In this document: positions 49,347 to 61,180 of the stretch, one piece after another
Layout: the number at the start of each line of letters is the position of its first letter
Position numbering within the stretch: the first letter of the stretch is position 1
Source of the DNA: Marsupella aquatica
Lineage: Eukaryota > Plantae > Marchantiophyta
Assembly (NCBI GenBank): GCA_973895155.1
Contig: OZ316893.1
Location: 20,940,955-21,004,954 of the forward strand
Direction: 5' to 3'
Length of the DNA stretch: 64,000 nucleotides
Made by a program: the position numbers and the translations under genes
The notes under the pieces: model-generated
Told to the model about the DNA's origin: nothing
The model's input: the letters and a program-made list of their open reading frames with translations, nothing else
The model's database searches: none

Positions 49347-51496
49347 TAGTATTTGACAATAAAATAGAATGAAGCGCTTCAAAATTCTTGCATCTTCCGT
49401 ACAAGAGTATCATTCAATGACAAGAAATGCAGGAAACAACCTGGGGATATTTTGGAGGCATGCATTCTTGTCCTCAACTTACTCCAAATTAGATATTGTA
49501 GTCCAATTGTAGTTTGAGTCCAATTGTAGTTTGAGTAGATGCACCAACCGGGCCACCAACACAGCTGCAATGGATGTCAGAAATGAATCGAGCAGGCTAA
49601 TGCAAACAGACACAACAAAGCAAAATGGGACTAGCCAAGCAAGCATCATTCAACTGAGTGAGCAGATGCAAACAGAACTAGTCAAGTAGTATATTTAACA
49701 AAGCAGAATGATGCAAGCGGAAGTAGTCAAGCAGTATACTTAAAACGTCAGAATTCTTCCTTTCTTGGGGTGCATTTCAATCTGGGCTGTCCAATTTTGA
49801 GATCCTCTGGTACAACCACTTCATGCATATTTAGGTTCCCCCATGCTCCTTAATGAGGCATTGGGGTGCTCCTGTACACCTCCCTGCTCCCATGGGTTGG
49901 CATATGGTTGCCCCCAATACTTCATTAAGGTGCAATGAGAGATTTAAACATATGCATAAACCCCCTTCTCTTTGTTCCCCTGACGTAGTTTTATGGGAGG
50001 TTCCCTGGCATATAAGCCTCTACCTAGTCTGGCCAGAGGGCTCCATGTTTCATAATCTCCAGCCAGTCTTGATGACTGAGTCTCAAATAATGTTATGTGA
50101 ACCCATGTCTGGCCTGCTCAGGGCCATGGCTGTAACCCCCTTGGACTCTTGGAGATGCATGACAGCCCATGACTTAACCCTCTCCAGTCCATCCAGGGTT
50201 ATTCTACACTAAAAGTGAAGGAGCCACTAGACCACAAAATTACTAGCCAACGGATCGGAAGCCCCAAACAGTGGCTTACCGTTTGAACCACAACTGCACC
50301 TATAAAGAACCCGTAACTCTCACATAATTCAAGTGTACAGGTTCATTTTCAATAGGAATGGGCTTGAGCTCCACCTTTTGTATTAATAGTGTTCGATGTT
50401 TTATGGTGAGTAAATTGTTGATCAGAGAACAAGAATAAGGATTAAGGAGGCAGGGAGTGGGCTTTTATTTATATGACAGGTGTGGTTTGACCATAGTTGG
50501 CCAGAGAAACAGCCAGGCTAATGATTTTTTTTTATGCTGCTAATAGATATATGGCAGGACTCACTTGAGTTATCTTGTCTTATTGGAATTCCTTCTTACA
50601 TATTTTTATGTTAATCTTGTCTATTCTAGACTTTACTTTTGTATTTTGCTAAATTTAGTAATTTCTTCCAATCCTCACTAGTGATTTCTTTTCTTCCGAC
50701 CCATCACACGCAAATAAGTATATGGTTTTTTTATTGGGTTTAGTGAAAACTTTTAAATTTTTGTTGAAGAACATTAGGGCTATTTTAATCCAATTTTGAG
50801 TATTGTAAGAATCATAGGGTTTTTTAAAATCAAATTAAGTTAGGGGTAAAACAATTCATAAAAAAAACTTTACTGACTTAAGTTTTAGGGTGTTTATTCC
50901 CCCAAAACTTTGCGTGTGATATGGGACACACCTCGGATTGAGGCCCCCAAGCTTCCAATTTCTTTAATTTTTCCAATTCCTTGTTTTGAGTAGATGTTCT
51001 TAATTTATAACTTATTTATGTTATATGCACTCCTCCTTTTCATGAAAATTCCTTCATAAGGTCCAACTCTCCAAACTCAACCAGGCAACTATTGCATAAT
51101 CCAATGATACACACTTATATGTCTATTGTTAAAAAAAGTTCAATAGTTACGGTTTATAGCTCAATAGGTGTCACCTACACAAAAAGCCCTCACAATAGAA
51201 CCTAAAATTAAAAAGGTACATAATTAACTTATTTGGCTTTCAATCACAAAATAAAGTACCTACAAGGTATACTAACTTGTACATGGAACTTAATGTACTT
51301 GTCTTTCACTTCACCCAGGGAGTTTTGTTTATCTCTTCATATGTTTTTTTCCCTTCGTCTACTTCCATATGCTTACAAAATTGAAAATGGAGGGAATCAA
51401 CTTGAGCCATCAAATATTGTAAAAGTTTTTTTGTGTACTATTGGATTGATTGACCAGTAGTGTCAAATGATATGTCAGATGATGTACTTATCTTTA

Positions 51497-54400
51497 TCTC
51501 TACTACTATAAAAACAAAATAATCCCGCCACTTTTGGTCCATCGTCCCGTTACGAAAGTGAAAAAGGAGTGAACAATGCTCACCCGTCAGATATTTCCTA
51601 GAATTATTTAAGGCCCTTGGATTGAGTGAGACAGATAGCTAAGATTAGTTCTAAGTTGTAGTATATAGTACAAGGTATGTATATTATGTCATAGAGTACT
51701 TGAATGTGTTATTGTAGTTATTTTGTAGCTTGCTTAAATTTTTTTTTTGCATGGAGCATTAAAGTGAAAATAGATTATTTTATGGTCTATTTAGAGTACA
51801 TTTTGGCATGGAACATTAAAGTGAAAATAGATTGACTTAAGATAATGGTGTTTGGCAGGGAGTGAGCACTCGTGATTATTTTGGCTTTTACTCTTAAAAA
51901 GGAAATTTAATTTTTTGGAGGTTAATTGTCTTTTCTTCCCATTTTTTAACTCCTTTTTTAATCTTTTTAATGGTGTACGTTAAAGGGAAGGAAAGTGGGG
52001 AGGAGGAAGGACAAGGCATTGGAGGGCAAGAGTAAAAATCAAGGAAAGGAAGGGAGAGGATGGGAGGGTGCGGGGGGCAGGGGGCAATTGGGAGGCCAGA
52101 AAATTCTGGGTAATAGAATAAACATGGGTTGAATAGATGCGGTGGCTGTTATGTTGAGTCTCCAATTTCTATGTGCAACGCACAGGTTATTAAACATCAC
52201 CACAACAACTTTACCACATGTGACATCTTTCTCTCATCTCGTCATTTTTTCTCACGTTGACATCTTAATCTCACCATGACATTTTTCCTCACCTTTGACA
52301 TCTTTTCTCTCCTTGAGATCTTTTTCTCACTTGGCTTGACATCTTTTCCTCAAATAAACATCTTAGTTACCTTTTCCTCACCTTGACATCTTTATCTCAC
52401 TACAATACCTTTCTGTCACCCTCAACATCTTTTCTTTCCTTGACATCTTTTCTTCATCTTTACATTTTTTCTCACCTTGTCATCTTTTCTCTCCTTGACC
52501 TCCTTTTCTCACCTTGATTTCCTTTCCTCACCTCAATATCCCTTTCTCTCATCAACATCTTTTTTCACCTCAACAACTTTACTTCACCTCCTTATCTTTT
52601 GCCTCTCCTTGACATCTTGTCCTTGCCTCAACATCTTTCTCTCACCTCCCTATTTTTCCTCACCTTGACATCTTGCCCTCACCTCAACATCTTTGCATTG
52701 CCTCAAAATCTTGCCCTCACCTCAACATCTTTGCCTCTCCTTGATTTTTATTATTATTATGTGGAAATCTGTGAAACCCCACAGAAAGGAAGAGTCAACC
52801 ACAATAGTTGAACCCAAGACCTATCAGTCTCTACTCAAGTGAGCTACCACAAAGTCATGCCTCTCTAGGCTTTGCCTCTCCTTGATAGCTTGCTCTCTCC
52901 TCAAAATCTTTTGTGCAATGCACAAGTATCAGGCTATTATAAAAAACAAAATACATGAGATGATGCTTATGTGACATGGCCTAAAATGTGATGATTCTTA
53001 TGTGAGATCATCTAAAATGTGTCTTTTTCTTTTACGGAAATACACACGTCCTAAGGAGAAACTTTTGAGGCATGACAAACTTTTTGGACTTTTTCATATG
53101 ATTATGAAACTCCCTCTTTTTTCTTCTCTTTATTTAATTTTGCATTTTTTTGGTTTATATAATGGTGCCAAAGGTAAGAAACTGGGGGAGGAATGGAGTG
53201 GCAAGGGAGTGAAGATATAGGAAAACGGGGGAGAGAAAAATTAAAATGTTCCCCTTCCAGTAGCATTCACCGTTGTGCGACCACACCTTGACCCTGCAAA
53301 GCTGGGAGGGGCCATCGCCTCTCTTGCACTCCCTCTCACCCTCCCACATCCTTGGTCTCCTGGGCAACATAGCTTTCACAACAATAACAACATAGTTTTC
53401 CAGAATAAAATAAAAACACAAAAGTGAAGGCAACTGTTTCTACATTTTTTGATTCATTTTATTTGTTTTAACCTTTTGCAGAAAAGTGGTCCCAGATTTT
53501 GTTACTCCGTCTAACTCTCCAACACTCATTTTAACTTTTTTTCAAAGAATGCTGCTTTAATGAAGGCCAATTACATCAAGCTTCCAACATTTTTTCTTCA
53601 CAAGACCCACCTTGCTTGACTGCCCTGTCATCTCTATTAGTCTTGTTTGTGCACTAATTCTTTCCCAAGTAAGGAGCCCAGCTCTTTGCCCCCATTTGCC
53701 TCTTTTGTCCCCACTTTTGTTCCATCTTTCTTATCATCAACACTAAAGATTTCTTGCCCTACTATTATCCATGTATTCTATTCTCACTATTCATTTGTCT
53801 GAGCTCTATCCCATAATTTTGTGTTGACTTGAATTACATCGTTTTATGTGCAATTTTGAACAAGATCTACACAATTATTGACAACAAATTTCACATGAAA
53901 TGAGCAAGAAAGAATTATGGCAGATTCAATATTTTTTGTTTGATTCACCTAAAAACCCCAACCTTCAATTAACATTTCTTTACCTTACCTCAATGTTTTG
54001 TAATGCTTTGGCATTGGGCTTGGCAACAACATGGCCACCATAGCCGCATAGTCACAACCCTCATGACTGCAATGGCAATGGTCGCAACAACATTTGAGAT
54101 GTCTAAACAACTTTCTTGCCTCACTTGCATTTCTTTGCATTGTCTACATTTTTTTCATTCACGTGCATTTCTTTGTCTCACACCAACATCTTTGCCTCAC
54201 TGCAACATCTAAAGTTGTCTCACCAATTTTGTCTTGCCTCAACATCTTTGCCTTACCTCAACAATTTTGCTTGCCTTAACATGGTTGCAACAACTATATG
54301 GCTGCAATGATAAATAACATGTCTCAACGTCTACCTTGTAAAGCCTACATTTTCTTGCTTTACCTTGACATAGTTGTCTTGCCTCAACATCTTTTTGCAT

Positions 54401-54556
54401 CCTGAAGTCTTTTTTGCCTCAACATCTTTTTTTAACTCAATGTCTATTGCACTCTTTTGACATTTTTGTCTCATCCCTCTTTTGACATTTTTGTCTCATC
54501 TTGACATCTTTTTCTCATCTCAACATCTTATGTGCAACTCACAAGCATTTAACTAT
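51497..54556 (+). mobile_element. Degenerate non-autonomous Helitron-like tract with internal CTCACCTTGACATCTTT-type minisatellite
   Basis: 5' A|TCTCTACTACTATAAAA. Three TGTGCAAYGCACA-type hairpins (52172, 52911, 54531), the last two followed about 10 nt later by CTAT (decayed CTAG). Confidence 0.6.
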
Positions 54557-56404
54557 TTTCTTATAATTATTGTTTCAATATTCTTGAATAGGATATGATA
54601 ATTTCTGTTTTTTAAACTAGTTCTTTTAATCAATGTTCTACATAAGGTAAACTAGACTTTATTATGAATAAGGTAAAGAATGGGCTGCTATATATCTGGT
54701 GTACATGTACCCCAAGTTTTACTGTTTAATCAATGACCACAAATTCAACATGTTAATTTACAATAGGCCTGCAGTTCCACCTGTAGAGAATGTCCACCGG
54801 TTTGGCAGCTTGGGCCGCAATTGCCTATCAATTGCAGAAACTCTCGGAACTGGGACTCATTTTCGAAACCCCCTACACTTCCAAAACGTGCCCAATTATG
54901 TGACGTTGATTCAATCGTGGAAACTTCAGCTTTCTGTAGACAACGGAGGTTACATGGCTGTGGCAGCAGTGGGGATATTCTCAGTCACAACAGCAACTCA
55001 AGGGACTGCTTAATCAGTTATAGAAAGTGAAGAGTGAAGTCGCAAATCCATAGAACATTGGGCCAGTCAGTTGTGGGTAAGCTCCGATTCTGACATAATT
55101 CTTCACAACATTACATTGTACGCATAATCGTGGTATACTTAAATTGAAGAACAGCTGGTGATGAATATTGTTCGAAGGTCAATCAATGTTCATCACTGAG
55201 TACAATATTCATCACTGAGTACGAGTCGATGCAAGGTTGCCCAAGCAATAAGAAGTACAAGCAGAAGCCAAGTAAATCTTGAATCTTCATAACATGCCAT
55301 GCTAAGTATGGAGTGTGAGCTATCAAAGGAAAGGGCCTCCCCCTAGACATGACAAGAGAGCCCAGGGCTCCAAGCAGAGAACTCCAATCATCTCTAACTC
55401 ACTGGTATGGTTTATCGTAAAGCCGCGTACTTCTTTCGTTTAGTTGCTTGCAATTTTACTTCAAGGTCCTCAGCCTCACTCGACCTGCTTGGCCGTCCCC
55501 ACTGCAGCTCCCATAGAATCACAATTCAATAACAGACGCTACTGCCAGAACTGCTCCGTCCCGAACGCAAATCCCACAAGACTCAAAAAAAGAGGCAATA
55601 CTAAAACATTCTCTACCAAAGGTATGAAATAAGGAGAAAAGGGCATGTACCCAAACTGTAGCTATCCTCGTAAAATTGTTATCGATGGAGGGAAATGTGA
55701 GCGATCTCTTTAGTTGGAACGGAGGACAATAATTACCTTTGAACAACCGACCTAGCTGCTTCGGTTATCCTAAAACGGAAGACACCAAAGCCTGTGGGAG
55801 ACCCAGACATCTCTTCCAGGTGCCTTATACAGTTCAGGTTTCTATATGGCTAATGCACAACTTCATCTGTAGAGGGGATACACTCACAACAGCAAAACCA
55901 GTACAAGAAAGTCCGTTAACTCCTTCACGTATATTCCAACATTTTCTCAACTTCAGCCTTGAAAATGTGATGAGTCAATAACCTGTCTGGCTGTGGATGG
56001 ATGTGCTTGGACGATAACTCTAACTTTCTCACCTTCCAGAAACACTGACAAATACTGGTTCCTTGGCTTTGCGTCAAGTTCATTATGATAGTGGAGACCC
56101 TAGGCTAGCACCTGGAGGGAAACCGAAGTCATCTTTTAATGAAAGATAGACTTCAAACTCACTGACGCTACAGATTCGCAAGTTTGTGAGAATCTCAGAA
56201 ATCTCTCAACAGATTCAATATATCTAAACCTTATGGAGCATGAGTTCCAAAGGTACAAAATATGGATTTACAACACAAAAGTTGGAATGTCAATTGGATC
56301 TGAGAGTATGAGGAGCAACTAGCTATGATTTGCCCGTGATAGCAGTGACATTAAGTTCTGCTAAATGTCCATTTTGTTGTTGACGTATTATCACCCGAAT
56401 TACT

Positions 56405-59400
56405 TTATGCCCTGTGAAGTGGAATATTCATCCTCTCGACATTTGGTCTGGAACCTGGTGTGTCCTTCAACTTTAGGCTAGAAAGCCCATTTCGAAGCTT
56501 TTCCTTATCACTGCCATTTGCTTCTGCTGCTGCAAGTTGCTCCAACGTATCTTCGATCATATGCATAAGTTCTGATGAACCTCCTGGCTCTTCCAGGTCT
56601 GGAATTTTCACGTGTACGGACCCTTGTGGTAGAGCGCTTACTTTTGAATGAAGGCTGGCTTGCTCGTGTATGTAATTCCAGAGGTCTACATGAAACTTGT
56701 GTTTAGGTGAGAAACAATCCTGACTTGGATCAGCTAATTGACCGAGATTGCTGGATGACCCCGATACGCGAGCAAACAATGGAATAGCATCCAGATTCAT
56801 TACCTGTAATCACCGAGGTAAACACACTTAAACTTCTACGACAAAATCTAGAAATTAAAACAGGTGTTCAGAGCCAATACCCAACAAAAGCAAACAACAT
56901 TGTAATTGCGAGAACAGGAATAAATGTTTAGGCATGCCTTATCACGAAAATGCTTTTGCATGAGCAACAACCCTTGACTATCAGAAGTACTACCCTTACA
57001 GTTTTCACTACGTATACATTATGGAGACTTCCCTGGTAGATAGTCTTCAACATGAATAACACTAATGACACGTGAAAAGACCGGGAAGCGCTCTCTGAAG
57101 CCAAAATTGTCTACTGGTAATTCAACCTGACGGAAGATTAACAAATCATGTTCATGTATAGTAAGCCGGCCAGGGAGCTCCATATGTAGCCATCCATAGA
57201 CAGCACTGCAGTGGCAGACTTACGCTGTACATGACCATGTACCTATTCTCGAGGAACTTGCCCATTGACTTTCAAAACAAAAGTGCCTGCCGACATTAAA
57301 TACTATACATAACAATCAGGAGAATCCACAATAAAGGAGTTCCCATACCTTCAGCAGCTCTTCTCGTCCGCAACCTTTCAAAACTTTCACCTTTTTCTTT
57401 GTTCTCTCCTGAAGCATTGGTTTTACAGCCTACATCCAGATAAAAGTACGACACTCATAAACTTATCAAGCTCGACGATATACAGTAGTAGAGACCATTG
57501 TACAAGTCATTGACCAGAATGAAAGCGGTATACATCAAGGAGTGCGAATGCATGAGAAGATAGTACAATTGTCTGAACAATACCTTCCAACATGCAGTGA
57601 AGACATATGGAGCATTCACAATGTAATAGCAATCGGTTTTTTCTGGGTAGTTCAAATCATCAATAGTTGATATAACAGTGAGAATCTGCACAGGAGACCA
57701 GAAGGATCCATGTCAAATCAGCCGTTGAAAAACTTGCGTGAAATATGGCCAAGGTGAGCAGTGCAGACACTTTTTGCGAGGTGAAATTTCTAAAACTGCA
57801 TCCAATAATTGTGAGGCTATCATCTAGTTTATGAAAGAGGACCTTCGCTGGCCATGTCTCTACACCAAGATGACTCGCACCCAATCATGTCAACTGTCTC
57901 CACTCTCAGAGGGACTCACTGTCAACGAGTATGCTTTATCGTCAGACACAATTGGGCAAGGAATTTAGTCCAAGGTCAAGAACAACAGCATTTCCCCAAT
58001 GTCCTCCGCAGACAAGAACAATAGCAGCCATAGAGTATCTTTCCACATTACTATTGTAACCAGCCAGATGACAAGTCCAGTTATAATAGTGGCGGTACTT
58101 CGGGCATTATAAAGCATCAAGATTTCATCACTTCAACCCTGCCCAAGAAGGCTGATGTTGTTTGGAAAAGCTAGAAGGTTGTTGGTGGCTCATTGCACCC
58201 AGCTTTGAAATCGGAGACTTTCATTGGTAAAATATACAACAAACACGAATTGAACGTGCATCCCAGATGCCAAAGATCGAGATCAAACCTTAATTCGATT
58301 TAGAGCAGAAAGCTTGAGACCGGTCATGTCCAGAATCTTCAAACACGAAGAAATATGTCTTCCCTCCTTCTTGCTGGCCAGTGGCTGATTAACAACCGAC
58401 ATACAACAGATTGGTCTACTATTTAAAATACGGATTAAAATGCATTTACCGAGAAAGCTATGTCATTTAAACAAGAAGCAACACAAATAGAAACAACCGT
58501 GATCATTAAAAACACTCATCAAAATCATTCGCTTCCAAGATTAAATCAGAGAATTCTAATCCCCATAGTACGTTACACAGAGAGACTCACTCGTGGACTG
58601 CAGCTCTACTATGCAATCCATACCAGGTCCACAATAGAGGATTGCAACCGAAAAGATCGTGTGAGGAACGTACAAGTATAACCCGATCACGATACTCATT
58701 TATTTGTATATGCGTTTGGACATATTTGTCTAACTGCACCATGCAAGAAATATGTCAGCAAATGAATACATCTCTGACAGTACATCAAGCTTTCTAATGT
58801 GCCCACGGTCTTGTCTTGAGATGCTTAAGCGAAATCCAGAAGCATTCCAAATAGTTAATTCTAAATTCGAGCTCTCGAATGATAGGACTGACATACCGAA
58901 GCTCTATCGTAGCCACTCAGTCCCGCCCCAATGGCAAACACTGGACGTCCCTGCAAGACCATTGCCAAATATAAGGTGCTGAGAACTTCATTTGAAATAA
59001 GAGAGCCTGAGTGTCCGGTGATACAGTCGAAATGATTAATAAGACTTGTAAAACAGTCTGCTGAAAAGTTTGCACCGAGCTGAAAGGTTTTAAAAGAAGG
59101 AGAGCAAAGCAAGAAAGGATAGAGTCTGACCTGCTTGCAAAAACCTGATACACCTATGAGTTGTGACTCACGGATGGTATCATATAGAGCCTTTGGTTCT
59201 ATGGGTTTCTGGCAAGAGAGTAGGACCGACGAGATAAGTTACACATATCACAGTTAATAATTCAGTTGAATTAGTGAACAAAAGCAAATTTTCACACAAC
59301 GCCATGTTTCGGAGACAATTGCTCGTGCCTTGACATGCAAAAAAACGTTACATGTCCTTACCGCAAGGATGTTATCAATATCATTTTGAACTCTCCAGGT

Positions 59401-61180
59401 CAAACAGTCAAATAACTGCAACAGGTAACAAATACGTTCCTGGTCAGTCATTCAAGCAGTTTACAAATCACAACAGACACCACACTGACTATCACCGGAG
59501 TTTGAGTCACTGCCCAATAGAGACCATAGCAGAGGTTCGCAGATAAAAGCATCTACTAATCACGGTACACACTGTTTGCATCTGCCATACCATTTTATTA
59601 GCCTTTGGAACGTTTCCATCCCGGGCTTTTAGAAATCGCTCTAATGTAGCTTCTGGATAGCCTTGATGAATATTCTGAACACATGACACCGTCAGCTGAC
59701 TCAGATGAACGGCAGGAGAAAGTAGTCAGAAAAACAATGGAAAGTCCTACGTCCCTCTCTGGAGTGCAAACCTTAAGACAACTAATTGAATGAAAATCCC
59801 TCATCTAGGTCCAGGAGTGAGTTGCTCAAGACCTTAATTCCTCATTGCCTCCAACATCCACACTGAGAAAAATTGCATAGAGTGAAGACTGGGCATGGAG
59901 AATCTTCACCAAGAATTGAAATGTCTTGTATTAAACATAAGATTTCATAATTATTTCGTTCCGTTTAGTTCCGTGGGAGACAAACTTACCCGAAAGGAGG
60001 CCTGGAGTTTTTGATCAACTGAAACAACCCAAACCCCACCAGCCAACATACACAGAAAATAACAAGGTTAGAAAACGGTTTTGAAGAGAAGCACTCCGTC
60101 GCAATCACAGAAGAGAAGCGCAGACAACAGCCAATCTACCAAGGCACTTGCTCATCGACCAAATTGCAGTAAAGGGACCGTCATAAAGAGACGTGATGCA
60201 ATCTTCATACGTCTTTACTTACACCTAAATACAGATACATGATAATAGAACTACGAAGGCCTCAGGATATTAAGGATCTAAGAAACCCACACAGGAGATT
60301 CGTTCGTAGTAGGATTGACCATGTGTCATGCAAAACGAAACACTCTAAGTAGGTTCAAAGATTGAAGTAAGGCCCATCAGAGCTCCCTGTTTTTCATTCC
60401 TAGATGCGAACTCTTTGAGCTCCTTCTTCTGGCAGAGCCGGAAAAACTAGTCCGGTCAGTACCATCTGTAGCCGCCAACAGATGCACCGGATCACTTCTC
60501 GCGTCTGAAAGAACCGTTAAGTTTGAAAACTGAACTGCAAAAGACTACCAGATTGCCAGGCTAGGACTCTTTGCAACCTGCTCCAATTACGAAAACAAAT
60601 GACTGCCAGATCCTGCCGATGGGAAATTCTGAAAGCCGGAAAAGACAGTGCTGACACCAATAGTAAAATCAGATACAGACGACTCACTCCCTGAACGAAC
60701 TTAGAGACGAGGGGTCCGCTGACCGAGTATGAAACGATATTCGTAGATCTCTTTGGGACTATTCCCAACAAGTGGCTTGAATGGATTCAATTCCTTTCAC
60801 TAGTAGACAACGATGCAGTAGGATAAAGGCAATCAGTAGCCAACGCTGTACGGCAGCACACAAACTAAAATTTGAAGGGCATGCGCCCTCAGCTCCGACG
60901 GTGAGGGCCGACTCGGACCGCAAGAGATTCGAAAGGCAGAAGATTAAGCCTACTGGTATGAGATTTGGATCCAAACAAGCGACCTTTAGGGGTGTTGAAA
61001 TTTGCTTGACAGAGCAATTGACGAGGAGAAAGCGACAAACTTGACGGATCCGTTTGAAGATAGAAATGGCGACAAGTTTGCACGATGATGACACAGACGG
61101 ACCAGCCAAAGGTGAAAAGTACCTTCGTCGACATACTCCCGCACTTGCTGAATGGATTCTTTGCTGATGCACGTCTCCAT
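56405..61180 (-). CDS. Sec14/CRAL-TRIO phosphatidylinositol transfer family protein, 364 aa; exons 61180-61123, 60018-59990, 59674-59591, 59415-59362, 59208-59131, 58950-58897, 58733-58674, 58384-58289, 57685-57584, 57429-57349, 56803-56405
   Basis: TLERFLKARDGNV, GRPVF, HIQINEYRD, ILDMTGLKLS, NYPEKTDCYYIVNAPYVF, VKPMLQERTKKKV. All introns are GT-AG and the exons sum to 1095 nt in frame. Confidence 0.93.

Noticed and set aside
55158-55222. Small hairpin GTGATGAATATTG/CAATATTCATCAC as a miRNA precursor
   Set aside because: The stem is only ~13-14 bp and is partly explained by a local 19-bp duplication.
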